NCBI GenBank assembly: GCA_016204695.1
Contig: JACQKD010000001.1
Coordinates: 68,976 to 132,975, forward strand
Direction of reading: 5' to 3'
From: Candidatus Kaiserbacteria bacterium
Lineage (GTDB): Bacteria > Patescibacteriota > Minisyncoccia > Phycocordibacterales > UBA918
Length of the DNA: 64,000 bases
The position numbers and the translations under genes are program-made. Shown here one piece after another: positions 55,072-64,000 of the stretch; within the stretch, counting starts at the first letter, position 1; the number at the start of each line of letters is the position of its first letter. The notes under the pieces were generated by a model. That model ran no database searches. It saw only the letters and a program-made list of their open reading frames with translations, and was not told where the DNA came from.

Positions 55072-55966
55072 CGCGTGGCGTCGTGGCGCTCTCGTGTTCT
55101 TGTTTGCGTGCGTCGGACTCGGACTTCTTTTCTCTGTGCGCGGCGGCATGGCGGCTGTCGGCGGGGTGATATTCAGCCCTATCGTATCGGTGCGGGCGTG
55201 GCTGTGGGAATCAGGCGGCGCCGTTCCCGTATATTTCAGGACACGCCATTCGCTCGACGAACAAATTATCGCTCTCGAAGACGAATTGCGCCGGACCGCA
55301 GACGATGCGTGGCAGGTACGGCAGTTGCAGGCCGAAAATGAAGAGCTTTCGGCATTGCTCGGCTTCAGGAAGGAGACGTATATTACGGCAGGGGTACTTT
55401 CCCGTCCCAACCAAACTCCCTACGACACCTTTCTCATAGACCGAGGGATGGAGGATGGTATTGTCGAGAACGCCATCGTATACGTAGAAGACAACGCAGT
55501 CGGATCGGTGATCCGAGTGTATGCGCACAGCGCGCTCGTGCTCCTTGTGAGTGCGCCGGGCGTACATACGACCGCATACCTCACCGGACCGAAGATCTTT
55601 GTGCAGGGTGAGGGTAAGGGAGGGGGCGTACTGCGCCTGTCGGTACCGCAGGGCATACCGTTGGCCGAGGGGGATGTCGCACTGCTCCCCGGAGCAGGCA
55701 GGGGCGCGTACGGAAAAGTCGTGCATATGGAGTCGCTCTCTTCCAATCCCGAGCAGTATGCCTACGTGACTACCTCAATACCGCTTTCGGCCGTGCGTTT
55801 TGTACATGTGGCAAAGGAGCCGGCCTCGCACATATCCTATGAGGAAGCGCTTGAGGCGGTCACCGCCGCCCCGACAGCGCTCTTTCAGGTGGAGGTGCCG
55901 CCCGAGGCGCATGTCGCCGCCACATCAACACCGGAAGCGCCGCCGGAAGAAGCGCCCGCGCAATAG
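55040..55966 (+). CDS. mreC: Rod shape-determining protein MreC
   Basis: N-terminal TM, a coiled coil (LEDELRRTADDAWQVRQLQAENEEL) and a beta-rich domain with a Pro/Ala-rich tail. The start is uncertain (55010, 55019 or 55040) and overlaps the mreB 3' end. Confidence 0.7.
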   Translation: MKTNSRRSSRNAWRRGALVFLFACVGLGLLFSVRGGMAAVGGVIFSPIVSVRAWLWESGGAVPVYFRTRHSLDEQIIALEDELRRTADDAWQVRQLQAENEELSALLGFRKETYITAGVLSRPNQTPYDTFLIDRGMEDGIVENAIVYVEDNAVGSVIRVYAHSALVLLVSAPGVHTTAYLTGPKIFVQGEGKGGGVLRLSVPQGIPLAEGDVALLPGAGRGAYGKVVHMESLSSNPEQYAYVTTSIPLSAVRFVHVAKEPASHISYEEALEAVTAAPTALFQVEVPPEAHVAATSTPEAPPEEAPAQ

Positions 55967-55981
55967 CATATCTCCCGCACC

Positions 55982-56230
55982 ATGCGTCTCATTTGTTTTA
56001 CACTGTTGATCATCGTTTCCGTCGCCGCACCATGGTGGTTTGCTCTGCCGCTGTGGGCGGGCTATGTCTTTGTATTCAGAGGATACGAGATTATCGCACT
56101 CGGTCTGCTATGTGACGCATATTTCGGCGCGGGGGGATTCTATCAAGCCCTTTACACGCTGTCGGCGTCGGCTTTTTGTCTGCTCGCGGAAGTATTGCGT
56201 CCGCGAATCGCCTTTTATAAGGTAGAATGA
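55982..56230 (+). CDS. mreD: MreD-like small membrane protein
   Basis: 82 aa, three hydrophobic helices, positioned between mreC and mrdA. Confidence 0.5.
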   Translation: MRLICFTLLIIVSVAAPWWFALPLWAGYVFVFRGYEIIALGLLCDAYFGAGGFYQALYTLSASAFCLLAEVLRPRIAFYKVE

Positions 56231-56255
56231 TACGAACGGAATCACTCTCAAAACT

Positions 56256-57950
56256 ATGCGTTTGTCCCTTCTGAACATTTTCCGGAAAAAAAGACGCTCG
56301 ACGATTGAATTCGACGAAATATTTCTTGATGCGTCCAATCTTCCATCATTCAACACCGGGCGGCTCGAAGGCCGCCTTGCTCTGCCGCTTTCTCGCGCCA
56401 GCATCATCGGAGTCGGGATCGCGTTCATACTGATCGCACTCGTGTTTCTCGGACAGGCGTTTCGCCTGCAGATCGTGCATGGCGAGGAGTTTCGAGAGCG
56501 GAGTGAGAATAATCGTCTCGACACATCGCTTGTCATCGCGCCGCGCGGGGTCATCTACGATCGCCGCGGCGAACTGCTTGCGTGGAATACCGAGGATGCC
56601 GATATTTCGGATTTCTCCGCGCGCGCGTACACCGATCGCCGCGGCTTGGGTCAGCTTCTCGGACACGTGAGCTATCCCAAGAAAGACAGCTCCGGCGTCT
56701 ACTTTCGCACCGAGTATGAGGGCATCAGCGGTATCGAATCCGCGTACAACGGACAGCTTGCGGGGGAAAACGGAGAACAGCTTATCGAGATCGACGCGAC
56801 GCAGGAGGTCATCTCTCATCATGTCGCGCATCCTTCGCGGGCCGGCGAGCCGCTTACACTCTCGATTGATGCGGAGTTTTCCGAGGCGCTTCATGATGCG
56901 CTTGCGACCACTTCCGAAGAGTATGACTTCCGCAGTGGCGCGGGCGTGGTCATGGATGTGCATACCGGCGAAGTCATCGCACTTGCAAATTTCCCGTCGT
57001 ACAATCCCGGGCTTCTCGCCAAGGGTACTGATGCCGAGGCGATCCACGCACTCACGCAGGATGAACGTCTCCCGTTTCTCAATCGCATCGTGTCGGGGCT
57101 CTACACGCCGGGCTCGATCGTGAAGCCCTTCATGGCGTACGCGGCGCTTGCCGAAAAAATCATCGATCCGAGCAAGCAGATTTTATCGACCGGGTCGATT
57201 GTCATTCCCAATCTCTATAACCCAAGCAATCCTTCCGTTTTCAACGATTGGCGCGCTCACGGTCTCGTCGACATGCGCCGCGCGATTGCCGTCTCCTCAA
57301 ACGTATATTTCTACACGATCGGCGGCGGTTACGGCGGCCAAGCCGGTCTGGGCATCAGCCGCATCAACGATTACATGCATCGTTTCGGCTTCGGCGAGCC
57401 GGTACATACGCCGCTTGCCGAAGGTAAGGCCGGCACCGTGCCGAATCCGGAATGGAAGGAGGAGACGTTCGGCGAAGAATGGCGTCTCGGCGATACGTAC
57501 TTCACGTCGATCGGACAGTTTGGTTTTCAAGTGACACCGCTCCAGATGTTGCGCGCCTACGGCGCGATCGCCAACGGCGGCACCATGCTTACGCCGCATT
57601 TTATCCAAGGAGAACCGTCGTCTTCGTATGATCTCCGTCTTGATCCGGCATATCTTGCGGTCATACGGGAGGGTATGCGACAGTCGGCGACAGATGGCAC
57701 GGCGCGATCGCTCAATCGCGGCGACATCCATATCGCCGCCAAGACCGGCACCGCGCAGATCGGCGCAAACAACGAATTCATCAACTCATGGGCGGTCGGA
57801 TACTTCCCGTACGAAAATCCGAAGTATGTATTTGTGACGCTCCTTGAGCACGGGCCGCGCACCAATCTCTTCGGTTCCGCGCCGACCATGAGCCGTGTCA
57901 TCAACTGGCTCGCCCACAACCGCCCAGAGTATCTTGGTGACATACAATAG
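56256..57950 (+). CDS. mrdA: Penicillin-binding protein 2 (elongation-specific transpeptidase)
   Basis: PBP dimerisation domain plus transpeptidase motifs (SxxK: GSIVKP; SxN; KTGT). Confidence 0.85.
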   Translation: MRLSLLNIFRKKRRSTIEFDEIFLDASNLPSFNTGRLEGRLALPLSRASIIGVGIAFILIALVFLGQAFRLQIVHGEEFRERSENNRLDTSLVIAPRGVIYDRRGELLAWNTEDADISDFSARAYTDRRGLGQLLGHVSYPKKDSSGVYFRTEYEGISGIESAYNGQLAGENGEQLIEIDATQEVISHHVAHPSRAGEPLTLSIDAEFSEALHDALATTSEEYDFRSGAGVVMDVHTGEVIALANFPSYNPGLLAKGTDAEAIHALTQDERLPFLNRIVSGLYTPGSIVKPFMAYAALAEKIIDPSKQILSTGSIVIPNLYNPSNPSVFNDWRAHGLVDMRRAIAVSSNVYFYTIGGGYGGQAGLGISRINDYMHRFGFGEPVHTPLAEGKAGTVPNPEWKEETFGEEWRLGDTYFTSIGQFGFQVTPLQMLRAYGAIANGGTMLTPHFIQGEPSSSYDLRLDPAYLAVIREGMRQSATDGTARSLNRGDIHIAAKTGTAQIGANNEFINSWAVGYFPYENPKYVFVTLLEHGPRTNLFGSAPTMSRVINWLAHNRPEYLGDIQ

Positions 57951-57987
57951 ATCAGAGCAATAGCTTTTTGCGCGAGGATGTGTCAGT

Positions 57988-58015
57988 TTGACTTGCACTT
58001 GTGCGTACGTATAAT
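57988..58015 (+). promoter_or_regulatory. Consensus sigma70 promoter TTGACT-N16-TATAAT upstream of greA
   Basis: Seen in sequence; it is followed by a roughly 130-nt leader holding a 10-bp hairpin (gatttcttag...cttagaaatc) and a GC hairpin (cccgcc-ttcaaaa-gcgggcgg). Confidence 0.5.
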
Positions 58016-58153
58016 AGATTTCTTAGAGCGTAGCGACTTAGAAATCTTAGATACCCCGAAGCCCGCCTTCAAAAGCGGGCGGAGAGGGTATAATGAAGGC
58101 CACGATTTTTTGCAGAATACCGCCGCGTTTAAAAATTAATTTTTCCGAAGCAT

Positions 58154-58627
58154 ATGGATGATTCACCGCAAGCGTTTTTAACACCGGAAAAATTTGAGGA
58201 GCTGAAGCAGGAGCTTGAATATCTGAAAACGATCCGCCGCAAGGAAGTGGCGGAGCTTTTGGAATATGCACGGTCGCTCGGCGATCTCTCCGAAAACGCC
58301 GAATATCAAGAAGCGCGCGATATGCAGTCCGCGATCGAGGAGCGGATCGCCTATCTTGAGAAAGTCATCAAAGAGGTGAAGATCGTCGCGCACAGCAAAA
58401 AGGGCGACGTAGTAGGACTCGGCTCGGTCGTCACCATTCAGAAAGAATCGGACAAAGAGCCGCACACCTACACCATCGTCGGCTCCGAAGAGGCGAACAT
58501 TCAAGAACACAAGCTCTCATATCTCTCTCCGCTCGGCGAGGCGCTCATGGGAAAGTCCAAGAGCGACTCGTTTACCTTCAACACCCCAAACGGCAAGATG
58601 TCGTACAAGGTGATTGACGTCAAATAG
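58154..58627 (+). CDS. greA: Transcription elongation factor GreA
   Basis: N-terminal coiled coil with acidic tip (LGDLSENAEYQEARD) and the C-terminal FKBP-like domain. Confidence 0.9.
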   Translation: MDDSPQAFLTPEKFEELKQELEYLKTIRRKEVAELLEYARSLGDLSENAEYQEARDMQSAIEERIAYLEKVIKEVKIVAHSKKGDVVGLGSVVTIQKESDKEPHTYTIVGSEEANIQEHKLSYLSPLGEALMGKSKSDSFTFNTPNGKMSYKVIDVK

Positions 58628-58756
58628 AAAGTATCCCCGATGAGCGCCGCTCCGCAAAAGCAATTTTTGGAAGCAACCCCCACGGCCACAGCCCTTCTCA
58701 AAAATTGTTTTGCTCCGCGGTGCGGTGTTCGTGTGTGTTATATTTCATAATGTCTT

Positions 58757-60223
58757 ATGTCCTCACTCGAAGAAATACGCAGAGAGCGGGAGGAGAAGCG
58801 CGATGCCCTTGTTGCGAAAGGGATTAACCCGTATCCGGCAACATCAGGCCGCACCCATCGCATAGCGGATGCGCAAGAGGGTTTTGACATGCTCGCCGGG
58901 GCGAAGACGCCTGTCATACTTGCCGGACGCATCATGTCGCTTCGGCGTCATGGCGGCTCCACGTTCGCCGACATCTTTGACGGCACCGACCGCATGCAGG
59001 TCTTTTTGTCTCGTGATGCGGTCGGGGAAGAGGCGTACGATCTTTTTGGTGCAACCGTCGACCAAGGTGATTTTATCGAAACGTCGGGAACGCTGTTTGT
59101 CACCGGTCGCGGCGAGCGCACGCTCGCCGCGACGTCATGGCGCATGCTGACGAAGGCGCTTCAGGCCATCCCGAGCGAATTCTACGGCATCAAGGACGAG
59201 GATGAACGCTATCGCAAGCGATACATCGACCTCTTGCTCAACGAACAAACGCGCGACCTTGTCGAAAAGCGCGCGAAATTTTGGAAAGCGGTACGCCGCT
59301 TCCACGAAGACCACGGCTTCGTCGAAGTGCATACGCCAACTCTTGAAGTAACGACCGGCGGCGGGGATGCGCGGCCGTTCGCGACGCACCACCATGCGCT
59401 CGATATCGACGTATACCTGCGAATATCGGCGGGCGAGCTCTGGCAGAAGCGGCTGATGGTTGCCGGTTTTGAAAAAACATTCGAGGTTGGACGCATCTTC
59501 CGCAACGAGGGTATGTCCGCCGAGCATTTTCAGGAATACGAGCAGTGCGAGGCCTACTGGGCGTATGCCGACTACAAGCAGATGTATGAATTTTTGCGCG
59601 AATGTTACCGCTATGTGGCGCAAGAGACATTCGGCACGCAGAAATTTTCCATACGGGGATTTGAGATTGACCTCGCCGGAGAGTGGCCGTGTATCGACTA
59701 TACCGAAGTGATCGAGCAAAACACCGGTGTCAATATCTGGAAAGCGAGTGTGGAAGATATTCAGAAAAAGCTTGCGGAATTGAAGGTGGACTATGACAAG
59801 GAGACCGCCGGACGCGAACGCCTTATCGACACGCTCTGGAAATATTGCCGCAAGTCGATCGGCGGTCCCGCAATTCTCATAAACGAGCCGAAGATCATGT
59901 CACCGCTTGCAAAATCAAAGCCGGACAATCCCGAGCTTACCGAGCGTTTTCACTTTGTTATCGCCGGGTCGGAGCTTGGGCAAGGGTACAGCGAGCTCAA
60001 TGACCCGGCCGACCAGCGTGCGCGTTTCGAGACGCAACAAGCCATGCGCGACGCCGGAGACGAAGAGGCGCAGATGGCGGACATGGAATTCGTCGAGGCG
60101 CTCGAATACGGCATGCCGCCGACTGCCGGCCACGGCTTTTCGGAACGAACATTCGCCTTTCTCATGAACCAACCCGCCCGCGAAGTCCAACTCTTCCCGC
60201 TCATGCGCCCGAGGAAGGAGTAA
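58757..60223 (+). CDS. lysS: Lysine--tRNA ligase (class II)
   Basis: OB-fold N-domain, class II motifs 1-3 (FVEVHTPTL, FRNEG, GMPPTAGHGFSER). Confidence 0.9.
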   Translation: MSSLEEIRREREEKRDALVAKGINPYPATSGRTHRIADAQEGFDMLAGAKTPVILAGRIMSLRRHGGSTFADIFDGTDRMQVFLSRDAVGEEAYDLFGATVDQGDFIETSGTLFVTGRGERTLAATSWRMLTKALQAIPSEFYGIKDEDERYRKRYIDLLLNEQTRDLVEKRAKFWKAVRRFHEDHGFVEVHTPTLEVTTGGGDARPFATHHHALDIDVYLRISAGELWQKRLMVAGFEKTFEVGRIFRNEGMSAEHFQEYEQCEAYWAYADYKQMYEFLRECYRYVAQETFGTQKFSIRGFEIDLAGEWPCIDYTEVIEQNTGVNIWKASVEDIQKKLAELKVDYDKETAGRERLIDTLWKYCRKSIGGPAILINEPKIMSPLAKSKPDNPELTERFHFVIAGSELGQGYSELNDPADQRARFETQQAMRDAGDEEAQMADMEFVEALEYGMPPTAGHGFSERTFAFLMNQPAREVQLFPLMRPRKE

Positions 60224-60238
60224 GCTCTGCATTTTCAT

Positions 60239-60907
60239 ATGAAAAAACACCCCGAGATCGACTGGATCTTTTTCGACATGGGCGGGGTGTTGCTGGATGA
60301 TGCGAGGGCGATCCGGATGTCGCACGAGTTTTTGCTTGCCGCCATGCGACGGGAGGACCCATCGCTGACTCTTGATCATATTACGGAAGTCTTTCCGGAG
60401 GCGAGCGGCAGGCTGGGTGACGTCAATCGGCATATAGTTTCGTTGTTGATTCCCGAAGAAGACAAGCGGGAAGCGATTCTGAAAGAGGTACAAATGCAGA
60501 ATGAAGCGATCGACTATTTCACCCTCTCGTCTGTGCCTCCGGAGACGCGGGAAGTTCTTGAGGTTCTCTCACGAGAGTACAAGCTTGGCATCATCGCCAA
60601 TCAGTCGATCAAGGCGCGACAAAAGTTGACTGAAGCCGGCATCTTCTCCTATTTCGATTTTGTTGGCATTTCCAATGAATTAAATCTTTCAAAACCCGAT
60701 CCGCGCATTTTTAAAGCGGCATTTGAGGCAACGGGAGCCGCACCGGAGAAGTCAGTCATGATAGACGACAATATCGAACGGGGGCTTGCACCGGCAAAAA
60801 AACTTGGCATGAAAGTTGTTTGGTATGACCTTGGCACGAGAAAAGATTCGCCGGATTGGATCGATTTTAAAATCAGCCGACTAGACGATCTTTCAAGAAT
60901 CTTTTAG
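60239..60907 (+). CDS. HAD-superfamily hydrolase (subfamily IA)
   Basis: Motif I FFDMGGVL (DxG), then motifs II-IV (IIANQS, K, MIDDN). Confidence 0.7.
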   Translation: MKKHPEIDWIFFDMGGVLLDDARAIRMSHEFLLAAMRREDPSLTLDHITEVFPEASGRLGDVNRHIVSLLIPEEDKREAILKEVQMQNEAIDYFTLSSVPPETREVLEVLSREYKLGIIANQSIKARQKLTEAGIFSYFDFVGISNELNLSKPDPRIFKAAFEATGAAPEKSVMIDDNIERGLAPAKKLGMKVVWYDLGTRKDSPDWIDFKISRLDDLSRIF

Positions 60908-60932
60908 TCTTTGGTTGAACGAGCGGGATATG

Positions 60933-60968
60933 AAAACCCCGGAATCGCGGAGCGATTCCGGGGTTTTG
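60933..60968 (+). terminator. Rho-independent terminator (12-bp stem ccccggaatcgc/gcgattccgggg followed by tttt)
   Basis: Seen in sequence downstream of the HAD gene. Confidence 0.65.
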
Positions 60969-60999
60969 GGTGTTTGCTCTGTGGATAAAGTGTCTCCTG

Positions 61000-61055
61000 G
61001 TGGGATGGAGTGGTATATACTGTCATTGGGGTGGGAGGAAGTGGGTAACCGTGGT
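61000..61055 (+). promoter_or_regulatory. MraZ operator: five GTGGG/GTGGT direct repeats at 10-bp spacing flanking a -10-like TATATACT
   Basis: Boxes at 61000, 61010, 61031, 61041 and 61051. This matches the known MraZ binding architecture (GTGGG repeats with 10-bp periodicity) upstream of mraZ. Confidence 0.5.
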
Positions 61056-61077
61056 ATTCTCTGAGGAACAAATACAT

Positions 61078-61512
61078 ATGCTCATCGGCGAATACACACA
61101 CACCCTCGACCCGAAGAAGCGCCTGTCGGTGCCATCAAAATGGCGGCGTGAGCTCGGCAAGTCGGTGGTGGTGACGCGGGGTCTCGACAACTGCCTCTTC
61201 GTCTATCCACTCAAGGCATGGGGGCAGATTACGGAGAAAATCGGCCGCCTGCCGCTCGGACAAGCGGACACCAGAGGATTTAATCGCTTCTTTCTCTCCG
61301 GGGCGGTTGAGACCGAGGTGGACGGCGCCGGACGCATTCTCGTTCCCGATTTCTTGAAGGAATTTGCGGGGCTCGACAGCAAGGTCGTACTCGCGGGCAT
61401 TCACGACCGCGTGGAGATTTGGGACGAGAAAAAGTGGACCGAGTACAAGCGCAGGATAGAGAAGCAGGGGAATGCGCTTGCGGAAAAGCTCGGCGAGGTT
61501 GGTGTTCTTTGA
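61078..61512 (+). CDS. mraZ: Transcriptional regulator MraZ
   Basis: Tandem MraZ/SpoVT-AbrB-like halves (LDPKKRLSVPSKWR ... DGAGRILVPDFLKE); start ATG 61078. Confidence 0.85.
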   Translation: MLIGEYTHTLDPKKRLSVPSKWRRELGKSVVVTRGLDNCLFVYPLKAWGQITEKIGRLPLGQADTRGFNRFFLSGAVETEVDGAGRILVPDFLKEFAGLDSKVVLAGIHDRVEIWDEKKWTEYKRRIEKQGNALAEKLGEVGVL

Positions 61513-61517
61513 AGAAT

Positions 61518-62552
61518 ATGTCCGAGGAAAATACCAAGGACAGCACGCGGCACATACCGGTCTTGCTCGCCGAGACGGTTGCGGGACTCGCACTTCGGGC
61601 GGACGCGACGGTCATCGACGCGACGCTCGGGAACGGGGGACATTTCTCCGCGATTCTTGAAAAGCTCGGTCCGAAAGGAACGCTTTTCGGCATCGATGCC
61701 GACCCGATAGCGGTCGCGCGCGCGGCGGAGCGGGTCGCCCTGAAAGATGTGCCGTATGTGCGAGTGCTCTTTGCGACGGGCAATTTCAGAAACATTGCGG
61801 CGCTGGCGAAGACGCAAGGGCTGACGTATGCCGATGCCATTGTCGCCGACCTCGGGTGGCGCATGGAGCAGTTTTCAGGAGAACGGGAGCTTGGCGGCGG
61901 CAAAGGATTTTCTTTCAGCGCCGACGAACCGCTCGCGATGACGTTCGGCGACCCCGAGCACTATCCGTTCACGGCCGCCGACATCGTGAACGAATGGAAA
62001 GAGGAGGACATCGCAAATGTCATCTTCGCATACGGAGAGGAGCGGTACTCGCGGCCGATTGCTCGCGCAATCGTGCGAGCGAGAGCAGAGAAAAGGATCG
62101 AGACCGCACGCGAGCTCGCCGAGATTATTTCCGAAGCGGTGAGAAAGCGCGGGGCGCTTTCGCAAGACCTTGCGAGCTCTTTTGGGAGCGAAGCGAACCA
62201 AAAGAGCCACAAGGTGTACAGCACCGGTACGGTGCCGGAGAGATACCGTCACGGTCGCATCCATCCGGCGACCAAGACCTTCCAAGCCCTCCGCATCGCG
62301 GTCAATGACGAGATTGATGCGCTCAAAGAGTTTATCGCCGCGGCTGTCGATCTACTCTCCCCGGGCGGGATCCTCGCGATCATCAGCTTCCATAGTATTG
62401 AGGATCGCATCGTCAAACACGCGTTTGCGGGACTGGAAACGGAAGGGAGGATGCGGCGGATCACCAAAAAACCGATTATTCCCGCAGAAGAAGAGTTGAG
62501 CCGCAACCCGAGAGCCCGGAGTGCCCGGCTGAGGATTGTACAAAAGATATGA
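61518..62552 (+). CDS. rsmH: 16S rRNA (cytosine1402-N4)-methyltransferase RsmH (MraW)
   Basis: HIPVLL, DATLGNGGHS-like and SFHSIEDRIVK motifs. Confidence 0.9.
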   Translation: MSEENTKDSTRHIPVLLAETVAGLALRADATVIDATLGNGGHFSAILEKLGPKGTLFGIDADPIAVARAAERVALKDVPYVRVLFATGNFRNIAALAKTQGLTYADAIVADLGWRMEQFSGERELGGGKGFSFSADEPLAMTFGDPEHYPFTAADIVNEWKEEDIANVIFAYGEERYSRPIARAIVRARAEKRIETARELAEIISEAVRKRGALSQDLASSFGSEANQKSHKVYSTGTVPERYRHGRIHPATKTFQALRIAVNDEIDALKEFIAAAVDLLSPGGILAIISFHSIEDRIVKHAFAGLETEGRMRRITKKPIIPAEEELSRNPRARSARLRIVQKI

Positions 62553-62866
62553 CACAGAAATTGACAACACCATACCATCAGACACAGCGACTGTTTTTCG
62601 TCGCACTCTCGATATTTTTAATACTGTTTGGACTCTATGTGTATTTCATAAGCGCTTCGGTCGTACATGTTATCGCGCGCAAAGAAGTCGACCGGGAAAT
62701 CACCTATCTTCATTCTCATATCAGCGACCTTGAATCGTCGTATATCGACGCAAAACAAGCGATTGGCGAGGATACTATCGGACAATATGGATTTGTTCCC
62801 GCTCCGAAAAAGGTGTATGTAGTGAAGGCGCCGGACAATCTGGTGCTCCTCACGCATGAGAACTAA
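62549..62866 (+). CDS. ftsL: FtsL-like cell-division protein (single TM)
   Basis: Small bitopic protein sitting between rsmH and ftsI. Confidence 0.5.
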   Translation: MTQKLTTPYHQTQRLFFVALSIFLILFGLYVYFISASVVHVIARKEVDREITYLHSHISDLESSYIDAKQAIGEDTIGQYGFVPAPKKVYVVKAPDNLVLLTHEN

Positions 62867-64000
62867 CGCCATCGGACGAATCAGAATCATTACCGTCGTG
62901 GTGTTTTGCACGGCGCTTGCGCTTATTGCGCGGCTGTATCATGTGCAAGTCGTCCACGGCAGTGAGTACCGCGAACATGCCGAGCGGCAGTACGTGCATA
63001 CCGTAGAAGATTTTTTTAATCGAGGTTCCATTTTTTTTACCACGCGCCACGGCGAGGAGGTCTCGGCCGCTACGGTGAAAACAGGTTTTTTGCTTGCTGT
63101 GAATCCGAGTATCGTGGGCGACAACCGGGAAGCGGTCTATGACGCTCTGGCCCGCATCGTACCGATCGACAAAGAAACATTCTTAAAAAGGACGGAAGAT
63201 ATCCGGGACTCGTACTATGAAGCGGCGACGCATCTCACCCGCGAGCAGAGCGCCGCAATCGAAGCACTCGACCTCAAGGGAGTATCGCTCTATCGCGATC
63301 AATGGCGGCAGTATCCCGGAGGTGCGCTCGCGGCCCATACGGTGGGCTTTGTCGCATACGACGGAGACGAGCTTGTCGGGCGCTATGGTCTCGAACGCTA
63401 CTACAACGATATGTTGTTGCGTCAAGACGACAAGCTCTCCGTCAATTTTTTTGCCGAAATATTCAGCAATATCGGACAGGCGATTTTTCCTGCGGATAAG
63501 AGCCGGGCGGGCGATCTGGTCACGTCCGTAGAGCCGACGGTCGCTCGCACGCTTGAGGGCGAACTCAAGGGCATCCACGAGGCATGGGAAAGCAAACTGA
63601 CCGGCGGCATCATCATCAATCCTCGTACCGGCGATATATACGCGCTCGGCGTTTATCCTTCCTTTGATCTCAACGATCGTGCCGATGCGGGCATCGAGCA
63701 GTTCAAGAATCCGCTCGTCGAGAGCGTCTATGAGATGGGGTCGATTATCAAGCCGCTCACGATGGCGGCGGGGCTGGATGCCGGAGTCATTACGCCGTCT
63801 TCGACATACTACGACGCGGGATACCTTGATCTCGACGGCTATACGATCAAAAATTTCGACGGCAAAGGCCGCGGCACGGTGCCCATGCAGGAAATCTTGA
63901 GCCAGTCGCTGAATACGGGTGTCGCGCACATCGCCGCACTGCTCGGCGGCAAGCGTTTCGGCGACTATTTCAAGAAGCTTGGACTCGGCACGGAAACAGG
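62856..64000 (+). CDS. ftsI: Penicillin-binding protein FtsI/PBP3 family (3'-partial; it runs off the window)
   Basis: Stop-free frame from ATG 62856 to the window end; N-terminal TM, the LYHVQVVHGSEYREHAERQY dimerisation-domain signature and the SxxK active site (GSIIKP). It is absent from the track because there is no stop in the window; the minus ORF 63183..63929 is its antisense shadow. Confidence 0.8.
   Translation, partial: MRTNAIGRIRIITVVVFCTALALIARLYHVQVVHGSEYREHAERQYVHTVEDFFNRGSIFFTTRHGEEVSAATVKTGFLLAVNPSIVGDNREAVYDALARIVPIDKETFLKRTEDIRDSYYEAATHLTREQSAAIEALDLKGVSLYRDQWRQYPGGALAAHTVGFVAYDGDELVGRYGLERYYNDMLLRQDDKLSVNFFAEIFSNIGQAIFPADKSRAGDLVTSVEPTVARTLEGELKGIHEAWESKLTGGIIINPRTGDIYALGVYPSFDLNDRADAGIEQFKNPLVESVYEMGSIIKPLTMAAGLDAGVITPSSTYYDAGYLDLDGYTIKNFDGKGRGTVPMQEILSQSLNTGVAHIAALLGGKRFGDYFKKLGLGTET

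Noticed and set aside
63183-63929. 248-aa minus-strand ORF
   Set aside because: Antisense to the stop-free ftsI frame, which carries the PBP motifs (SIIKP).
1-64000. CRISPR array, rRNA or additional tRNA genes
   Set aside because: I saw no regularly spaced direct repeats of 24-40 bp, no rRNA-like conserved blocks, and no second cloverleaf with a T-loop GTTCGAAT/TTCGAAT motif apart from tRNA-Asn.

Overview
This 64-kb window is GC-rich bacterial chromosome (about 60-65 % GC by eye) with dense, mostly housekeeping coding on both strands. The first gene is cut off at the 5' end. In order, I see a UvrD-like helicase fused to a PD-(D/E)xK nuclease, a DsbA-like protein, uppP, a DEDD exonuclease, hisS, prmC, a class I fructose-bisphosphate aldolase, rpmG (L33), a cold-shock protein, a single-domain response regulator, radC, a GH3 glycosidase and an orphan histidine kinase. 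These are followed by secreted proteins and a trypsin-like protease, then a murA-priA-def-fmt operon (minus strand), hpf, two mreB paralogs (one heading an mreBCD-mrdA operon), and a cluster built around a VirD4/HerA-like ATPase. The window ends with frr, rseP, proS, greA, lysS and the start of a dcw cluster (mraZ-rsmH-ftsL-ftsI; ftsI runs off the 3' end). The main accessory feature is a roughly 11-kb low-GC integrative element (about 25.1-36.0 kb) sitting next to a tRNA-Asn(GUU) gene. It carries a large serine recombinase whose ORF reads into the tRNA 3' half, a Rep_trans-family rolling-circle initiator with candidate origin hairpins, an excisionase-family HTH protein and a complete Type III restriction-modification system (mod + res). 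It also carries a GH114 endo-alpha-1,4-polygalactosaminidase and an uncharacterised four-gene cassette that could be a new defence or exclusion module. Other notable points are an RNHCP-domain gene broken by a +/-1 frameshift at a T5 run, a textbook MraZ operator (GTGGG boxes at 10-bp spacing), several strong hairpin terminators or palindromes, and a few plausible small proteins missing from the ORF track. I found no CRISPR array, no rRNA and no second tRNA. Many long ORFs in the track are antisense shadows typical of high-GC DNA and I do not call them.
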